From NCBI RefSeq assembly GCF_011386835.1, contig NC_088794.1, positions 115,878,001 through 115,942,000 of the forward strand: DNA of 64,000 nucleotides. The letters are read 5' to 3'. Of the stretch, positions 47,101 to 60,754 are shown piece after piece (the first letter of the stretch is position 1; each line of letters opens with the position of its first letter). A model generated the notes under the pieces. It was not told the origin of the DNA and did no database searches. It worked only from the letters and a program-made list of their open reading frames with translations. Made by a program: the position numbers and the translations under genes. The stretch is from Chrysemys picta bellii. Its lineage: Eukaryota.

Positions 47101-50100
47101 ACATCTCTCTGCGGCCTGTCCCTTCCACCTTTCCCAGGTGATAACCATCATTGGTAATCCTTTCTTTTGCCCCTCCAAGTTGTCTTTTGCAGGCAGCCTA
47201 ACTTTTCACAGTGGTGTGGAGACAAATAGATTATAGCGGGGGTTTTGTGTGATGCTCCAATAAGCTGTCAGTGTTTAGCAGCGATTAGCTTTTTTAAAGC
47301 ACCTTTTTCTTCATTTTCTAGAGTTTTTAATTTTTCTCTTTGCTTTGCTTCTTATTGATTAAAAAGAAGAGAAAAGCTTAAACCCCTATTCGGTAATAGA
47401 ATATATTGATGAGAAGGTTGGCGAAATAGAGAGGGATGGTGGAGGTCTTTGTTCCTAGTTGACAAAAGCTGAAGAATTAGAGGAGAGAAATGTGAGTGTG
47501 TGAGTAAAATGAAGAGAAAAAAGAGTTATTTAAAATCCCAGCTAGGAAATCACTCTTCCAACCTGTGTGAGATCAATTTTCAATTTCAGTTTCCCTGCCT
47601 TTTGTGTTTCAAGACACTTGCATTCCGCTGGGGACCAGTGTGATCTGCCAGTGACTGTTTGTTTAAAACAAATTGTCTGTATGTAGTTTTTCAGGTGAAC
47701 TGCTTCCTGGATCAATGTAACACAGTGTAAGGAGAAAGGGGGAAGAATCCAAAGGCCTGATTCTCCTCTTGCACCGCTCTTATACTGATGTGACTCCATT
47801 CGCTTCAAGAGGCATTACTCTGAGTCTACTCAGACCCTCATTTCATAGATCCATTTACCATCACATAAGACGCTGAATGCAAAGAAATAAATGCACCAAA
47901 CCTATTGGATTGTTTGGATTTAAACAGCCATACAGTGTCCCTGTTTCATATCCCCATAGGATCCTTGATAAACAGCAGTTGTATGTTTTTCCCCTCTGGT
48001 TCAGCTCAAGGTAGTACTGTGATCTGACTACATTTGATAGACAACCCTGAGGCCCAAACTCTCTGCTAGTGTAAATGGATGCAGCTCCTTTGAAATCTAA
48101 TTTTTAACAGCAGCGAATTTGGATCAGAAAGTTTGGAGCACTGATTGAGAGCAGCCCCTGCAATTTTTGATTCTTCTTCAAACTAGTGATGAATTTATGG
48201 AGCAGGGAAGCTCCCCCTCCATTCCCCATCAATTTCTGTAGACATTTTCACTTAAAAAAACCCCCACCAACAACAAAAAACAGACTGCACTGATGTTGCA
48301 GCTGATAACGTATGTCGACTTGCCTGAATATGAAACTGAGTATGATTTTTCAACTTCTGAAGCCCAGAAAAAAATTGAGATAAAGAAGTGTTGCAAAATG
48401 CTCAGTAAATGATACTAAGCAAATGATAGGTTAGAAGATGTGATGCACAGGACTCAGTTTGCACTGTATCACATTGAGGCAGAGATTACAATCAAAATAC
48501 ACATTTCAGCCATGTTTTTCCTTTCAGCACCTTTAATGAAGAACAAACGTGATGTTAAAGAATAGGTTTGGGGGGATTTCTCTTTTAAATTGAACATTTT
48601 AAGCCCAATATTCAGATTTTCATGCTAAAAATGACCATTCGGTTACCACAGCTGGACATGCAGGCCCAACTATGCCTCCCTACAGGGAAATAAATACTGT
48701 GGGGTGAAATCCTAACTTTATTGAAGTCAATGGCAAAACTCCCATTGAGTTTATGGGAGGCCAGGATTTCATCCCAGGAGTCTAAAAGGTGGGTGGGATT
48801 AGTGCTCAAACTTTCACTCCTGAGATCAGTGTTTGAATCAGGATTAGTGTATGTCAAAAAAGTGAAAGAACTGCACTGAGCTGAAGTGATGGAAGAAACC
48901 CAGGTCGGGGATAATAGGTAGGGGATGTAAAATAATATAAAACTCACCCTCCCTTCTGCATATACAACCTGCCTTCCTGCAGCTGGTCAAAGCGTCCAAG
49001 CACTTCTAGCTCCTTGACTGGCAGTGTTTAACCTTGTGCTCTCCCTACGCTGGCTGCATGCTTTCTCCCCAGCCGGCCAGGGTGTTCTTGTCTGATTAGG
49101 AGAAAAGGTGTTCGATATGGTTGAATTACTCTTTGTTTGAGACTGTCCTTCGTCCGAGATAATTTGCAAGCTTGGGTTGCACACTGTTTAGCTCGTTTTC
49201 TCCTCCTCTCTCATCCTTCATCTCCTACCTCTCTTGTTTTTATTTTATCTGGCTAAGATGACCCAGCTGCCACATTTGGTAAGCAAAGCCTCACCACAAG
49301 ATTCACTCAACTTGATAGGTGTGGGGTGCTGGACAAGAACAAAGATGCAATCTGGTTTATGGCTGTGATCTTGTTAGGTCTTTGCAGTTAAGCCACAATG
49401 TGTTTTGGTCAGTACCTGGAGGGGAAATCTTCAAAGAGAAACAATGGTGTGGCAGCAAGTGGTACTGGTACAGTAGGTGGTACAACTAGTTCACGTAATT
49501 TTACCTTAATCCAGCATTGTGTTAGGAGTCGATGATGTGCTGCTGTGGTTGTGTTTTGGATGAGAAGTAAAACAAAACACCTGATCAATGAAATATCCCC
49601 TAAGCTACCACAGAGGTGTAAGCCCCATTGTCCAGGCCAAATTCCAAAAGAACTAATATTTTCCCACAATAGATCCCTCCTCCCTGCACTTTCAGTTAGA
49701 TACTGCATTCTTCATTTCCTGTCCAGAACTCTCAGGCAGCGTTTGTGTGCCATCCCAGAAGTGGCTGTGTTACAGAGGATGAGGTGACATCTGTCTGTAG
49801 TCCACAAAGCACTTTTTGGACCTTTTGTGGTGACGGGATAAAGAAACATAAGAGATTAATAGTCTTTGTTCTAATAATAGAGGCCGCATAGTCTAGCATT
49901 GTGAACATGCAATTGGGAATCATGAGCTCTAACTGTGGTTCTACTGACTCGCTATGTAGCCTGGGGCAGGTCTTAGGCCCACATTTCCAAAAATGACCTT
50001 TGATTTTGCATCTGGTTTTGATGCTCCACTTCACACATATTGAGCCTGATTTTTCAGAGGCACTGGCCATCCACAGTTCCCAGTGAAGTCAAGACAGGAC

Positions 50101-51383
50101 ACAACAAGTTGGTGTAATGTGCCATTAGAGGGAGTGGAGAGAAGCCGAGGGTTGACAGAGCTAGGAATATGTGCCTACATGGACTAGCTGTGTGCTCAGG
50201 TAGGTTCATGGTTGAAGGTTTGGGCCTTTTTAAAAATAAAGCTCTGAGTAATCAGGAAATAATATAGCTCACTGGCACCATGATTATTATTTGGGCTAAT
50301 TAATCCATCCCTGCTATGAACGGTAATGAGGGGAAAATAAGCTATTATGCAGAAATGCAGTTGTTAACCTTGTGTCCCTTGCCCGCACTGTCACATCTGA
50401 GTCTGTCATCACTGTTATATGTACATGGAGGGCATATTTAGGGCACCTTTTTGGAACAGGTGAGGATGGCAGGCAGGGGTGGTAAAGCTCCTGGGAAGGT
50501 AAAGCCATGATTCAGCAGGATCCCCTCCCCTGCCACTCTGGATCCTTTATTATTTCTCTAGCAGCATGAGATGGTAACTTAGAAATGTACTATCTAGCTG
50601 GCTGTCTTTCCCCCTCTCTCATTCTCACTGCTGAGCTGATGGCACTAATGTTGGCTGAGGGGCCTTGGCCATTACTCTCCCCTGATGTTTTCTGCTTGCT
50701 GCAGTTATTCATTCCCTTGCAATTCTTTTTAAAGGAAAGGTCATATTTGGGGAGGATTATTTCCTCACTCAATCTCATTGCGGTTCCTGTGATGGTTCAG
50801 GCATGGCATTCTCCAGTTGGCAGACAAAAGGGAAAGCCCATGTGATATGACCTTCAAAATGGCTGACTGCAGTTGGTGTTATACATTTTTTCCTCTTCCA
50901 GCAGCTGCCCACTGCCCTCCCTTGTTCTTACTTAACTTATCGAAGTTTAAGAGGCGAAAGTCAAAGCTGCTCCTTGCTGTGAGAGTCTCTAGAGAGCAGC
51001 GCTGAGGTGGAACTGCCAAGCCTGAGCTGAGAGGAAAATGAAGTGAAGAGAATGAGCCGCAGCGTGCAAAGCAGGTGCCACTGCTGTCATTCTCTCTGGA
51101 AAGTAAATAAAGGAGAAAAACAAGGACAATCTTTTTATGAGAGAGAGTGAGAGACCGGGTAGAGGGAAAAGGCACAAAGGGAGAGAAAGTTGGAGGGGGG
51201 AGGGGAAGGACAGAGGAACAGCAACGGAGAGAGAAATTGCGATAGAGAGGGAGGGAGGGCAGAGAAAGTAGGAGGAAAAGGTCAAGGAGAGAGAGAGAGA
51301 GTTCCTGTCTGCTAGCTCAGCAGGAGGGGGAGTTTTTAGTAGTTCTCAAAGTCCCTGTATTGGCAGAACTTCTGCCCAGCTCA

Positions 51384-51613
51384 CAGGGCCGGCTCCAGCA
51401 TTTCTGCCGCCCCAAGCAAAAAAAAAAAGCCGCGATCACGATCGGCAATTGGGGGGGGGGAAAGCTGTGATCGGCGGCGGCAGTTCAGCGGCAGGTCCTT
51501 CACTTCTAGAGGGAGTGAGGGACCTACCGCCCCTGAATTGCCGCAGGTGCCGCCCCTCGCCCTTGGCCGCCCCAAGCACCTGCTTGTTAAGCTGGTGCCT
51601 GGAGCCGGCCCTG
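51384..51613. mobile_element. Non-autonomous hAT MITE (230 bp)
   Basis: 15-bp perfect TIRs cagggccggctccag / ctggagccggccctg; perfect TSD ccagctca (51376-51383, 51614-51621). Confidence 0.93.
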
Positions 51614-51920
51614 CCAGCTCATTGCCACAAGTACCGGACTTGTTGTTTCCCATTCTAGCTCTGAAAGCCGCTGCTGCCCACCTTCCTTTTGGCAGCCATC
51701 ATTGCTATTTGATTGCAGGGGTTTTCGCAGTGAGCTTAGCACTGGTGAAAGATACTGGATTGTATGACTCAGCAATCTCTTGATGCCAGCTGGTAGAGGC
51801 ACAGGGGTATTTGAAGGTTACAGGGATCCTCTGGGTCTGATCTCTAAATACTAGTCCACCAAAGAATGTTCTGTAAAATCTCTAATGAAGCCTCTGTCAC
51901 ACTGGTCATCATAATCATTG

Positions 51921-52852
51921 TGAGATGTATATATGGAAAATATGTGAAGTTATGTATACACTAAAAAGTGTGTTGTCTAGATCTGAGTTATGGCAGGCCA
52001 CCAAAAGGTGATCTGCATACTCTTGTCAGACAGCAGGGAGAGACTTTTCTCTCTCTGGCAGGTCATGAGCAAATTCAGTACTGTATGGTTCACAAAGCAT
52101 GCCCATTTACAGTCTGAGCAAAATGCTAATCAATACATTGCAGGGGCTGCAGGAAAAACAAACAGCCAGGGTTATCTTGGTTAGGGGTAAGACAGTGAAC
52201 TTTTGGAACTGCATCTGGTATGCCGATGATCCCCATTATTCCTTCATTCTGTGAGGAGAAGTCACCAGTGGGCTTGATCTGATGAGAAGGGATCTCAGCC
52301 AAACTGGTTGTAAATGCTGGGAAAAGGACTTGAGGTGAGCTATCTTGTAGGAGAGAGAGGAGCGCCTTGTGAGTTAAGTTAGCCTCTAGACAGCATGTTA
52401 TGATTTTGTTTTATATGTAACCATTTGTTTCCAATATTCTATCACTCAAATCTCTGTTAGTTGATAAACTTATTCTTGTTTTCACTAATATATACACACA
52501 CCCAGTTAAGTGCAGTGCATTAAGTAGAGTGGTGATCTTGAATTGAATCTTATAAGATGGTGTGTATTATTCCTTTGGGAATAGCAGCTTTAAGTTATCA
52601 GTGTTCAGTGCACCAGGGGCTGAGCATGCCAGAGGGACACTCACAGGACTGGGAGCAGGTGGGGGCTGGTGTGTGCCTATCACTGACCTTACAGGCAGAG
52701 TCTGTGGAAACCTGGAAGGCAGTGCTTGTGTTGCCAGAGGCTGGTGAGTACAGAGAGCTGATACACAGCAGGCAGAGACAAGACTTTCTCACACATCAGG
52801 AAGGTGGTAGTAAGGTGCCTCACAATCCTCGGGACCCCTGGAAAGAGGCACA
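51921..52852 (+). mobile_element. Long solo LTR (about 930 bp)
   Basis: TG...gaggcaCA ends; flanks cattg / gattg; U5-like ttttgttttatatgtaaccatttgtttcc and end ggtgcctcacaatcctcgggacccctgg. Confidence 0.6.
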
Positions 52853-52859
52853 GATTGAC

Positions 52860-53900
52860 AGACTGGGAGTCTGACATTCTCTGTTTACCCCTCGGATGGA
52901 TGGATATAGTCTGGTAGTCGTGGTTCAAGGCTGGTGCCAGTGTGCTTCAGTCTCGACCCTAGAGGGGTGACTTCTAGGAGTGGTAGGGAAGTTCAGTCTA
53001 CATGGCACACTTACTGCTTTGGTCCCTGTATTCCATCTGTGCGATCAGCACTTATTCTGCAGACAACAAGCAAGTTTTCCATAGCACTGGTTCTATGGAC
53101 CCCCTATAGATCTACAGACCAGCCAACTAGAGTCTGTGTTTCCTTAGGCATCTATAGCAGGCAAAGGCAGGATCAAATGGATCCAAGCTCCACTCTCCTA
53201 ATTTTTTTCCCCTCCACCCTCTTGGAAATACTCAAGTGACTTTGAGGCTCCACTTGCTTGACCCATCTGGTCCATATTTAACACTATCTGCCCGTGTTAG
53301 GGTGCTTGGAGGGTGGAGACTTAGCAATTGGTGCACCTGACCTTGGGTCCTTCGCCTTTCTGTCAGGAGAGTAGAGGTGCCTGGTTTCTGATCCTAAGCT
53401 GGAAATCTTCTGGCCTCCATTTGCATCTGGGCCTTGGCCCTTAAAGGGGTGTGATAGGGGAATCAGGCCTTCCCTCTGCACCTGGTCCTAACCTAGGCCT
53501 CTGTGGGAAGCAACACCAGAAGGATCCTCCCTGCAGAGAAACTGCCTTGGACTACTTCCTATCTGTGTCCCTTCAGTTTGCGGCATGACTCATATAGTCC
53601 AAACAGACAATCACTTAACAAGAGTCCAAATGAGCAGGACCTGCTGGTTCTCAAAGGGTTGGAGAAGGTACTGCCTGTGGGCCTTAACCACTCTGGGGTC
53701 CCCTCTTAGGCTCAACCTTCTGTCTAGCTTCCCGGAGCAGGATTCATCTCTCCTGCACCCTGCCCATCACCCTTTGCCTGGGCTTCTGAGCTCCTTTTAA
53801 CCCACACATCCAGGTTGCATGTGCTCAGCACGGCTGCCTGGACCAGATATTGCCTTTTAAACTGCTCTGGCCCAGCGTGGGGTTTGCATATGCCATAACA
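52860..53900 (-). mobile_element. Gypsy remnant: LTR (53450-53900) plus degenerate gag/pro-like sequence
   Basis: Minus strand starts tgttatggcatatgcaaacccc and has ggttaaaagg TATA and tcatttggact shared with LTR 43635-44393; CYRCLRKH zinc-knuckle-like remnant near 53135-53158; orientation and extent tentative. Confidence 0.45.
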
Positions 53901-56298
53901 CTGGTTATGTTCCAATTCCCATGTCTGCGGTGTTCCTGCTAATGTGTGAAGCAACTCAGTTGGGTTTTCAGATCTTAGGCTGTGCTTGCCTTAGCTGGTA
54001 GTTAAAGAATCCTTGGTTTAGCATGTAAACTGATCAATTACGAGTTGGAGGAATACATCTGGAGACCCACAATGTCATTTCGACAGATTGACTCCTAAGG
54101 ACATTACTCTGATTTAAATCCTAAACCATTATTAAATGACATGAAAGGTGCAGGACATGTAGGACACCTCAGAGAGAGAGAGGAGAGTCTTGAGGATAAA
54201 TGTGATGTGAGCTTTAGGACTCCTGGGTTCTGTTCCTAGCCCTGCAACAGACTTATTGGCCCTGGGCTGAAAGTGGCCAGTGATCTTGGGTGCCCAGTTT
54301 GGGTTTGATTTTTTTTCCCCAGGGGTCCTGAGCACTCTTAATTCTCATTGACTTCAGTTTAAACTGAAACTGGGTGCTCAGCACCTCTGACAATCGGGCC
54401 CAACTTGTCTCAACAATAGATCATAAATAATACATAGGCAGAGTAGTACAATAGTTGGCATAGAAGATGGCAAAAGGCATGACAGAGGCAGGGAGCAAAA
54501 CTGGTTTTCACATGGAAAAAAAAAAGAATTGTAAAGTGGGATCAATTAGCTGGTATTTTCTTTCCTTTCCTTTTTGTTTTCCTGGTGCTGCAGCTGTGGG
54601 TTAAACTGTCTGAGCACCAGAGAGCGGGAACATACAGGCTGTGCTTCTCTGTCTGTTATCTGCTAAGCCCCTTAATGCATTTATTCCTTTCCTCTGTGCT
54701 GTTAATGGATTCATTATTTGGACAGGGAGATAGGTGCCCCAGACGTTTCCCTAGCCAGTTATCTCTTTTTCATGTGGAAAGAAGTGGTTTGTCAGAAAGC
54801 TGGATGAAGGGCGGAGGGCACAGGAGTGGCTAGGAGACCTGAGCTTGGGTGGAGGTTGGGAGGTAAGGTGAAGGCGGCGAGAGAGGCTGACATGGTCCAG
54901 CGGATGCACCAATTAGCTTTTTTCCCTTTCTTCCTATAAAAGAAAGCCGAATTCCAATAGCCGAGCTGTCTTCTTTCTTTCAGAGAATGGAATGTTTTTT
55001 CATTACTTGCTTTTTAAATAAAACAGAAGTGTGTGAAATTAATTAATGTCATTAAATGAAGCATATGGAAGCTTGTCCTGACATTATAATGATTGTGAAT
55101 TAGTGCAGAAGAAATGGTAGAGAAACGAATTGTGAGACACTCTCTTTGTACTGGGTCTCATCCTGCTTTAGTCTGCTTTAACTCTTTCCTTGCCATCCTC
55201 CCCCTGTCTCAGGCACACACAGGGCCTGTTATTTCCATTGGTGCATGGAATTCTGAAGATGGGAATGGATGGCATCACAACACATCAACTCAGCATCTCC
55301 ATCAGCAGCTTCATGGTTGGCTGTGGGGAGACAGAACATAAACCTGCGTGAGAGCTGCCATGGGGTAGATGTCCATTTACTCCAAAACAGCCTCTGGGAT
55401 CTCCCAAATAGGAAAGAATGGAACCATGTGAGCTATGCCATGTCCTCTCGCTAGAGTCTGCAGGTTTGCCAGCAAGCCCATAGTCAGTAATGTTACAGGC
55501 AGCTGAGAGATCTGAAAGAATCATCATGGACACCTGATTTTTGTCCCTTGGTAGGAGGAGATTATCAACCAATGAGAGAAGAGCCAGGCCAAAATCCAAA
55601 TTGAGAGGCAATCTCAAAAGCATTTTGAGTTGCTTTGTTCTAGCCTTTTCCTTAACCATCTCCAAATGAGGAACAAATATTGGAGACTGGATCTAGCTCC
55701 TATTAAAGTGAATGGTACAACTTCCACTGACTGTTGTGAAATAGAATCAGGCCTTAATTGGATACATACGGACAGCTGTTCAGCAAATGCTATCAACCTG
55801 TGACTCCCAATGACTTCAGTGTGAGTTGTAAGCAGCAGCTCTCAGGACTTAGCCCTGTGTACAAAACAGTAGAATCGATACGTGTGAATACCCTCTTGCC
55901 CCGATTAAACTCAACTAACAAAAGCCTGCTGAGGTCTTATGCTAAAGTGCAATAGCACTAGCTTTCAGCTAAGTTGCCTTAATAGAACCATCTTGTCCCA
56001 CTTAAGCGCAATTAACGTCTCTATTAAGCAGTGGTCAATGCCAGTAAGTATCACTGGCTCAAATCAGGTCCTTGTGGAATCCAACAGTTAAGCATATTTC
56101 CTTGGGGAAACATGTCCTGCTTAAGTCAGAGTGTAATCCAGAAATGAACCTGGAACAGCTTCCTACTGTGCATTTTTGCAGGGTTTCACTGTCTTGTATT
56201 TTATACTCTAACATTGGGAACTGTAGTGCTACAGGGGGGATTTGTTATAGCCAAAAATGTCAGCAACTGTAATACAACACCACAAGCTGACATTGGTA

Positions 56299-56442
56299 CA
56301 GGGGTGTGTACAAGGAGGGGGACAAGCAGGGGCAAGCCGCCCCCCAATAATCAGCGGGGGCACAGAACTCCTCTAGGGCCGCAGCGGGAACCAACAGCTC
56401 CTCCGGCCCCAGGGCTGCAGCGAGGGCACAGAACATGCCCTG
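56299..56442. mobile_element. 144-bp hAT MITE
   Basis: Ends caggggtgtgtac / gaacatgccctg; TSD cattggta (56291-56298) / gattggta (56443-56450). Confidence 0.75.
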
Positions 56443-56614
56443 GATTGGTACAGCAGATGGCACAACATTTCAGGAAGTGCCATGTGAGGACAAAACTTAG
56501 ATTGCTTATAGCTAATGTCCTAAAATTAAGGGGCATATTTTGTTTGGAGGCCAGATAAAATGCATCTCTGAGTTTGAGGTCTGATCAGTTAGTGCATGCA
56601 AAATTCCCGATGGT

Positions 56615-56970
56615 GTTAGGTAGCACTGTGTTGGTGGAGGTCCTGGCTTTCAGATCAGATGTAAAACTGTGGTCTTAACCATTAAAGAGCTTATGGCACT
56701 TTTTGCAAGAGTTGGGGAATTAGCTCCAATGTCGTGGCAAGAATTCCATTCTATTTAATCAAATTCTCCCTCCCAAAATGTTCCCTCCATTTTTAATTGG
56801 ATACATGATTCTCCTTCACTTCCTGCCCTAAATGCTTGCATAATGATGTTGAGTTCCTGCTGTGTTCCACCCTTAATCTGGCTGCATTTCTGTAGTGGGG
56901 AAAGTTTTGTATAATTTGCAAAATGCCTTAGGATCCATTAGGATGAAAGGAGATCCAGAGATACAAGTTA
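56615..56970 (+). mobile_element. AmnSINE1-like SINE (Deu-domain plus tail)
   Basis: gcactgtgttggtggaggtcc..ctttcagatcagatgtaaaactgtggtc...attaaagagcttatggcactttttgcaagagt. Confidence 0.65.
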
Positions 56971-57311
56971 TCATTATTCTTCTGTTATTATGTCAGATTG
57001 TGCTATGCTACTGAAAGGAGTTAGGGTTCAGTGGACTGCATCTGGGCTCTGCTGGCTAAGGTAGGAGACAGTGTGTGGAGAATCCATTCTGTGATCTGTA
57101 CCAGTCTTTTAGGGTATTAGGAATAGCAGCTGGGTCACTGTAGTCCATTCTGGGTGTTAGTTTGGACTAGAAAGGGTTGTTAGCTCCAATATAGAAGCTG
57201 CATGCTGTGTTCTTTGAGATGAAGGAGTAAATCAGTGGTGTTTGGAATCTTACTTTAAAACTGTATAGAGGTGTTGAGAAAATTCCAACAAAGACATCAA
57301 GAATCAAGTGA

Positions 57312-59960
57312 ATGGTGCTTCAAGCTGAAGTCTCAGAACATGACAGCTCTTATGTCTTCACAGTATTCCCCAAAAGAATAAAGTCTTCTGAGCACATTGT
57401 TCAATCACGATGCCACATCGTCACACAAGGGTACGAGACTGAACTTTTAATTGACACTGGTGCATCAGTGAATGTGATGGATCAAAGTGTGTATGATGCC
57501 ATGCCACAGAAATGGCTTTAACAACCAACAGCAGTAAAAGTGTATGCCTGTGGAAATCTGGACTCACTGACAATGTGTGGTGTATTCTCAGCTCATTTTG
57601 TATTTAAGGACAGGTCTGTTATCTGTCCGATGTACATAGTGACTAATGGCACAGATATGCTGATTAGTTATGCCACAGCAAGTGCACTAGGACTGATTCA
57701 GATGATTCAAATGGTACGGCCTAGCTGGCTAAATCAACTCCTCCAGTCTAATGAGGACATGTTCAAAGGAATAGGAAAGTTGAAGGGACAGCAAATAAAA
57801 TTGCACATTGATGACATGTTTCAGCCTGTAACTCTACCATGCAGAGACATTGCTTGCCACGTCAGAAAGCTGGTGGAAGAACTTCCATATGTGGAAGAGT
57901 TTGACACCAGGCCCCACACCATGGGTTTCCCCTATAAAGTGGCTCAGAAACCAAAGCAACTAGTCAAAATCCAAATTTCTGTGGATATGTGTTTAGCCAG
58001 TTGGGCTATCAAACATGAGCAACACATCACTCCACTGTATATGAGAATATTACAAATCTGAATGGAGCGAAGTTATTATCTAAGCTTGACCTCACACCAA
58101 GATGCCATCAACTTGAGCTGCATCCTGAGTCAAGGTACATAACAATCCTCACAACATGTGAGTCTTCACCACTATAAATAACTCAGTTATGGCATTTCTT
58201 CAACCGCAGAAATATTTAAGAACACCATACATGAGGTACTAGCTGGAATCCCTGGCATTTTTAATGTGAATGATGGCATATTTGTATTTGGCACCACATC
58301 TGAAGAGCACAACACTTGACTAGCAGCTGTTTTTGAATGCTTGCAGAAGCAGAATCTGATGTTAAACCCAGACAAATATGAGTATCAAAAACCCACATTA
58401 GATTTTTTTTTTTTGGCGTACACATTCTCCAAAGATGGTGTCTTAGAGGATCCTAAGAAAGTGAAGGTGATTCATAGTGCCACTGTGCCCATGAACCCCA
58501 TTGAAGTTCATAGCCGGCTAGGACTTGCCAATCAATGTGGCAGATTTATTCTGGGAGATGTAACCTGGAAAGATCAAATATGGATTTGGTCAAATGAACA
58601 TCAAAATGCATCTGAAGAACTAAGAAATCCTTTGCCAGTTATTTAGTCATGTCCTATTTTGATTCCAGTAAGAGAACTGAACTTTTAATAGATGCCATCT
58701 CTGTTGGATTAGTAGCAGTCCTTACACAGGTTGACCAGTATGGTAAAATTTACACCATTGCTTATGCCAGCAAAGCTTTCACCCATTGAACAACAATACT
58801 CTTTTTAGAGAGAAAGAGGCACTTTTGCTGTAGCATGGGGATGTTCCCATTTTTCATTTCTACATTTACAGATGTCACTTCATGATTCTAATAGATCACA
58901 AACCTCTTGAACCTGTATTCAATAATCTTTTTGCCCACCAGCTTGCATTAAGTGGTGGATGCTCAAGATGCAAGATTATGGCTACAAAGTTATCTATTGC
59001 CCTGAAAAGAATAACCTTGGTGGATAACGAAGCACCCTATTCCCAAAACAGCTAACAATCACAACGCTACAGAAAAAGCAGAAGCACATGTAAACTTCCT
59101 CTTCTCACACACCATTCCTAAAGCTCTCTCATTACAACAAACAGTAACAACTACAGAGTCAGACATGTCTCCAAATGGTCATGAAAACCTTTTGAAGTGA
59201 TCAATGGAAAGAACTTCTGTGTAGCCTTTGACTTCTGAAACACAAGCTACAATTATTTGCCTGTTTCAAGATGAACTTCTTGTCATGGATGAAGACCTCC
59301 TACTCTGAGATATAAGACTTGTTGCTGTGTGTGTGTTGTGGGATCACATGATTTTGGTTCATGAAGGTCACCAGGGCCTGGTAAAAACAAAATCCCCGCT
59401 CAGAGGATGAAATCTGGTTCCCTGGGATTGATAGCCTTACTGAAACTTGCATTAAGTCTTGCGGACTGTGCCAGGCAGCAGTTCTGGAAAACCACATTCC
59501 CCCACTACATCTGTCGTCTCTGTCCACACACCCCATGGGGGGACATTAGGGTGGATTTTTGTGATCTCCCTAATGGAAAACCATTTACTGGTTGTTATAG
59601 ATGACTGTTTTCATTACCCAGAAGTTAAAATGATCAGCACTACTTCTGCCAGCACTGTTATACCCAAGATAGACAAGATTTGTCAGCCTATGGCGTATCA
59701 GCTGTTAAAACTGACAATGGTACTCCCTTTAAGGGCTCTGTTTGCAGATTATCTTGGTTTCAAACACTGTAAACTTACTCCGCGCTGGCCACAAGCCAAT
59801 GGAGAAGTTGAGAGGTTTATGCAAACACTCAAGAAAGCACTATGAATTGCTGCAGCTGGTGGATTAGACATGAAATGGGAGCTATTTTGTTTCCTCCATA
59901 ATTATCAAAACGCTCCCTACTATTCAGTTGGCAATGGTGCCAGCAACTGTTTTGTTTGGC
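57312..59960 (+). pseudogene. pol: Disrupted Gypsy pol polyprotein (protease, RT, RNase H, integrase)
   Basis: LLIDTGASVNV (protease); LNGAKLLSKLDL..HQLELHPESRYIT and GISSTAEIFKNTIHEVLAGIPGIFNVNDGIFVFG (RT, YxDD decayed); LIDAISVGLVAVLTQ..IAYASK (RNase H); HEGHQGLVKTK, LLVVIDD, NGEVERFMQTLKKAL (integrase); multiple stops and frameshifts. Confidence 0.93.
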
Positions 59961-60754
59961 AGACAGCTAAGAACAAAATTGCCACAAGTTGAGCAGAGGA
60001 TGAACCTCTATGTCAACATGACAACGAAACAGAGTTCGTCATGAAAAGATGTGCGACCAGCACAGATGGACCAAGACCACCTCTTTCAACGTGGGAGATG
60101 TAATTTTGGTCAAACTTTTAGCCTCTAGACAAACTCTATGCCCTTTCATCCAAAGCCTTACAAGATCACAATGGTCAAAAGCATGATAGTCACTGCTCAG
60201 AGAAGATCCCATAAAGTCACTCAAAATGCATCTCACATCGAACCATTTCATGGCCCTCATTATATTCCCGTTCTGCAAGATGACAACTTACAGAGACTGA
60301 ACCCAGGCAAGTGACTAAGTTAACCCCCTGTTCTCCAGAGGCAGAAAGTCATCACTACCTGAAAAGAAGTAGCCATCAACCTCCAGTGCATTTAAAGGAT
60401 TGTGTAATATAAGTGACTGTTTTTGTGGATGTATTGCTCAATCATCAAACTTTTGACATTTATTCTGATTGTTGTTTTTTATTTATAAGATGGGAGTATT
60501 TCAAAGTGGTGAATTTAATATTGGTTGTTTAAAGTTTGCAGGGGGGAGGAGGGATGTTGTGTTTGTGGAGACTGTATTCCTTGATCCATGCTGGTCTTTT
60601 AGAGTACTGAGTTTAGCAGCTGAGTCGCTGCAAAACCATTCCAGGTTTTGGTTTGGACTAGAACAGGCAGTTAGCTTGCAAAGGAAAAAGCTGTGTTCTG
60701 GGAGCTGCAGGGTCAAACTAGTTTGTCTATGAAGTCTTACTTAAAAACTATATA

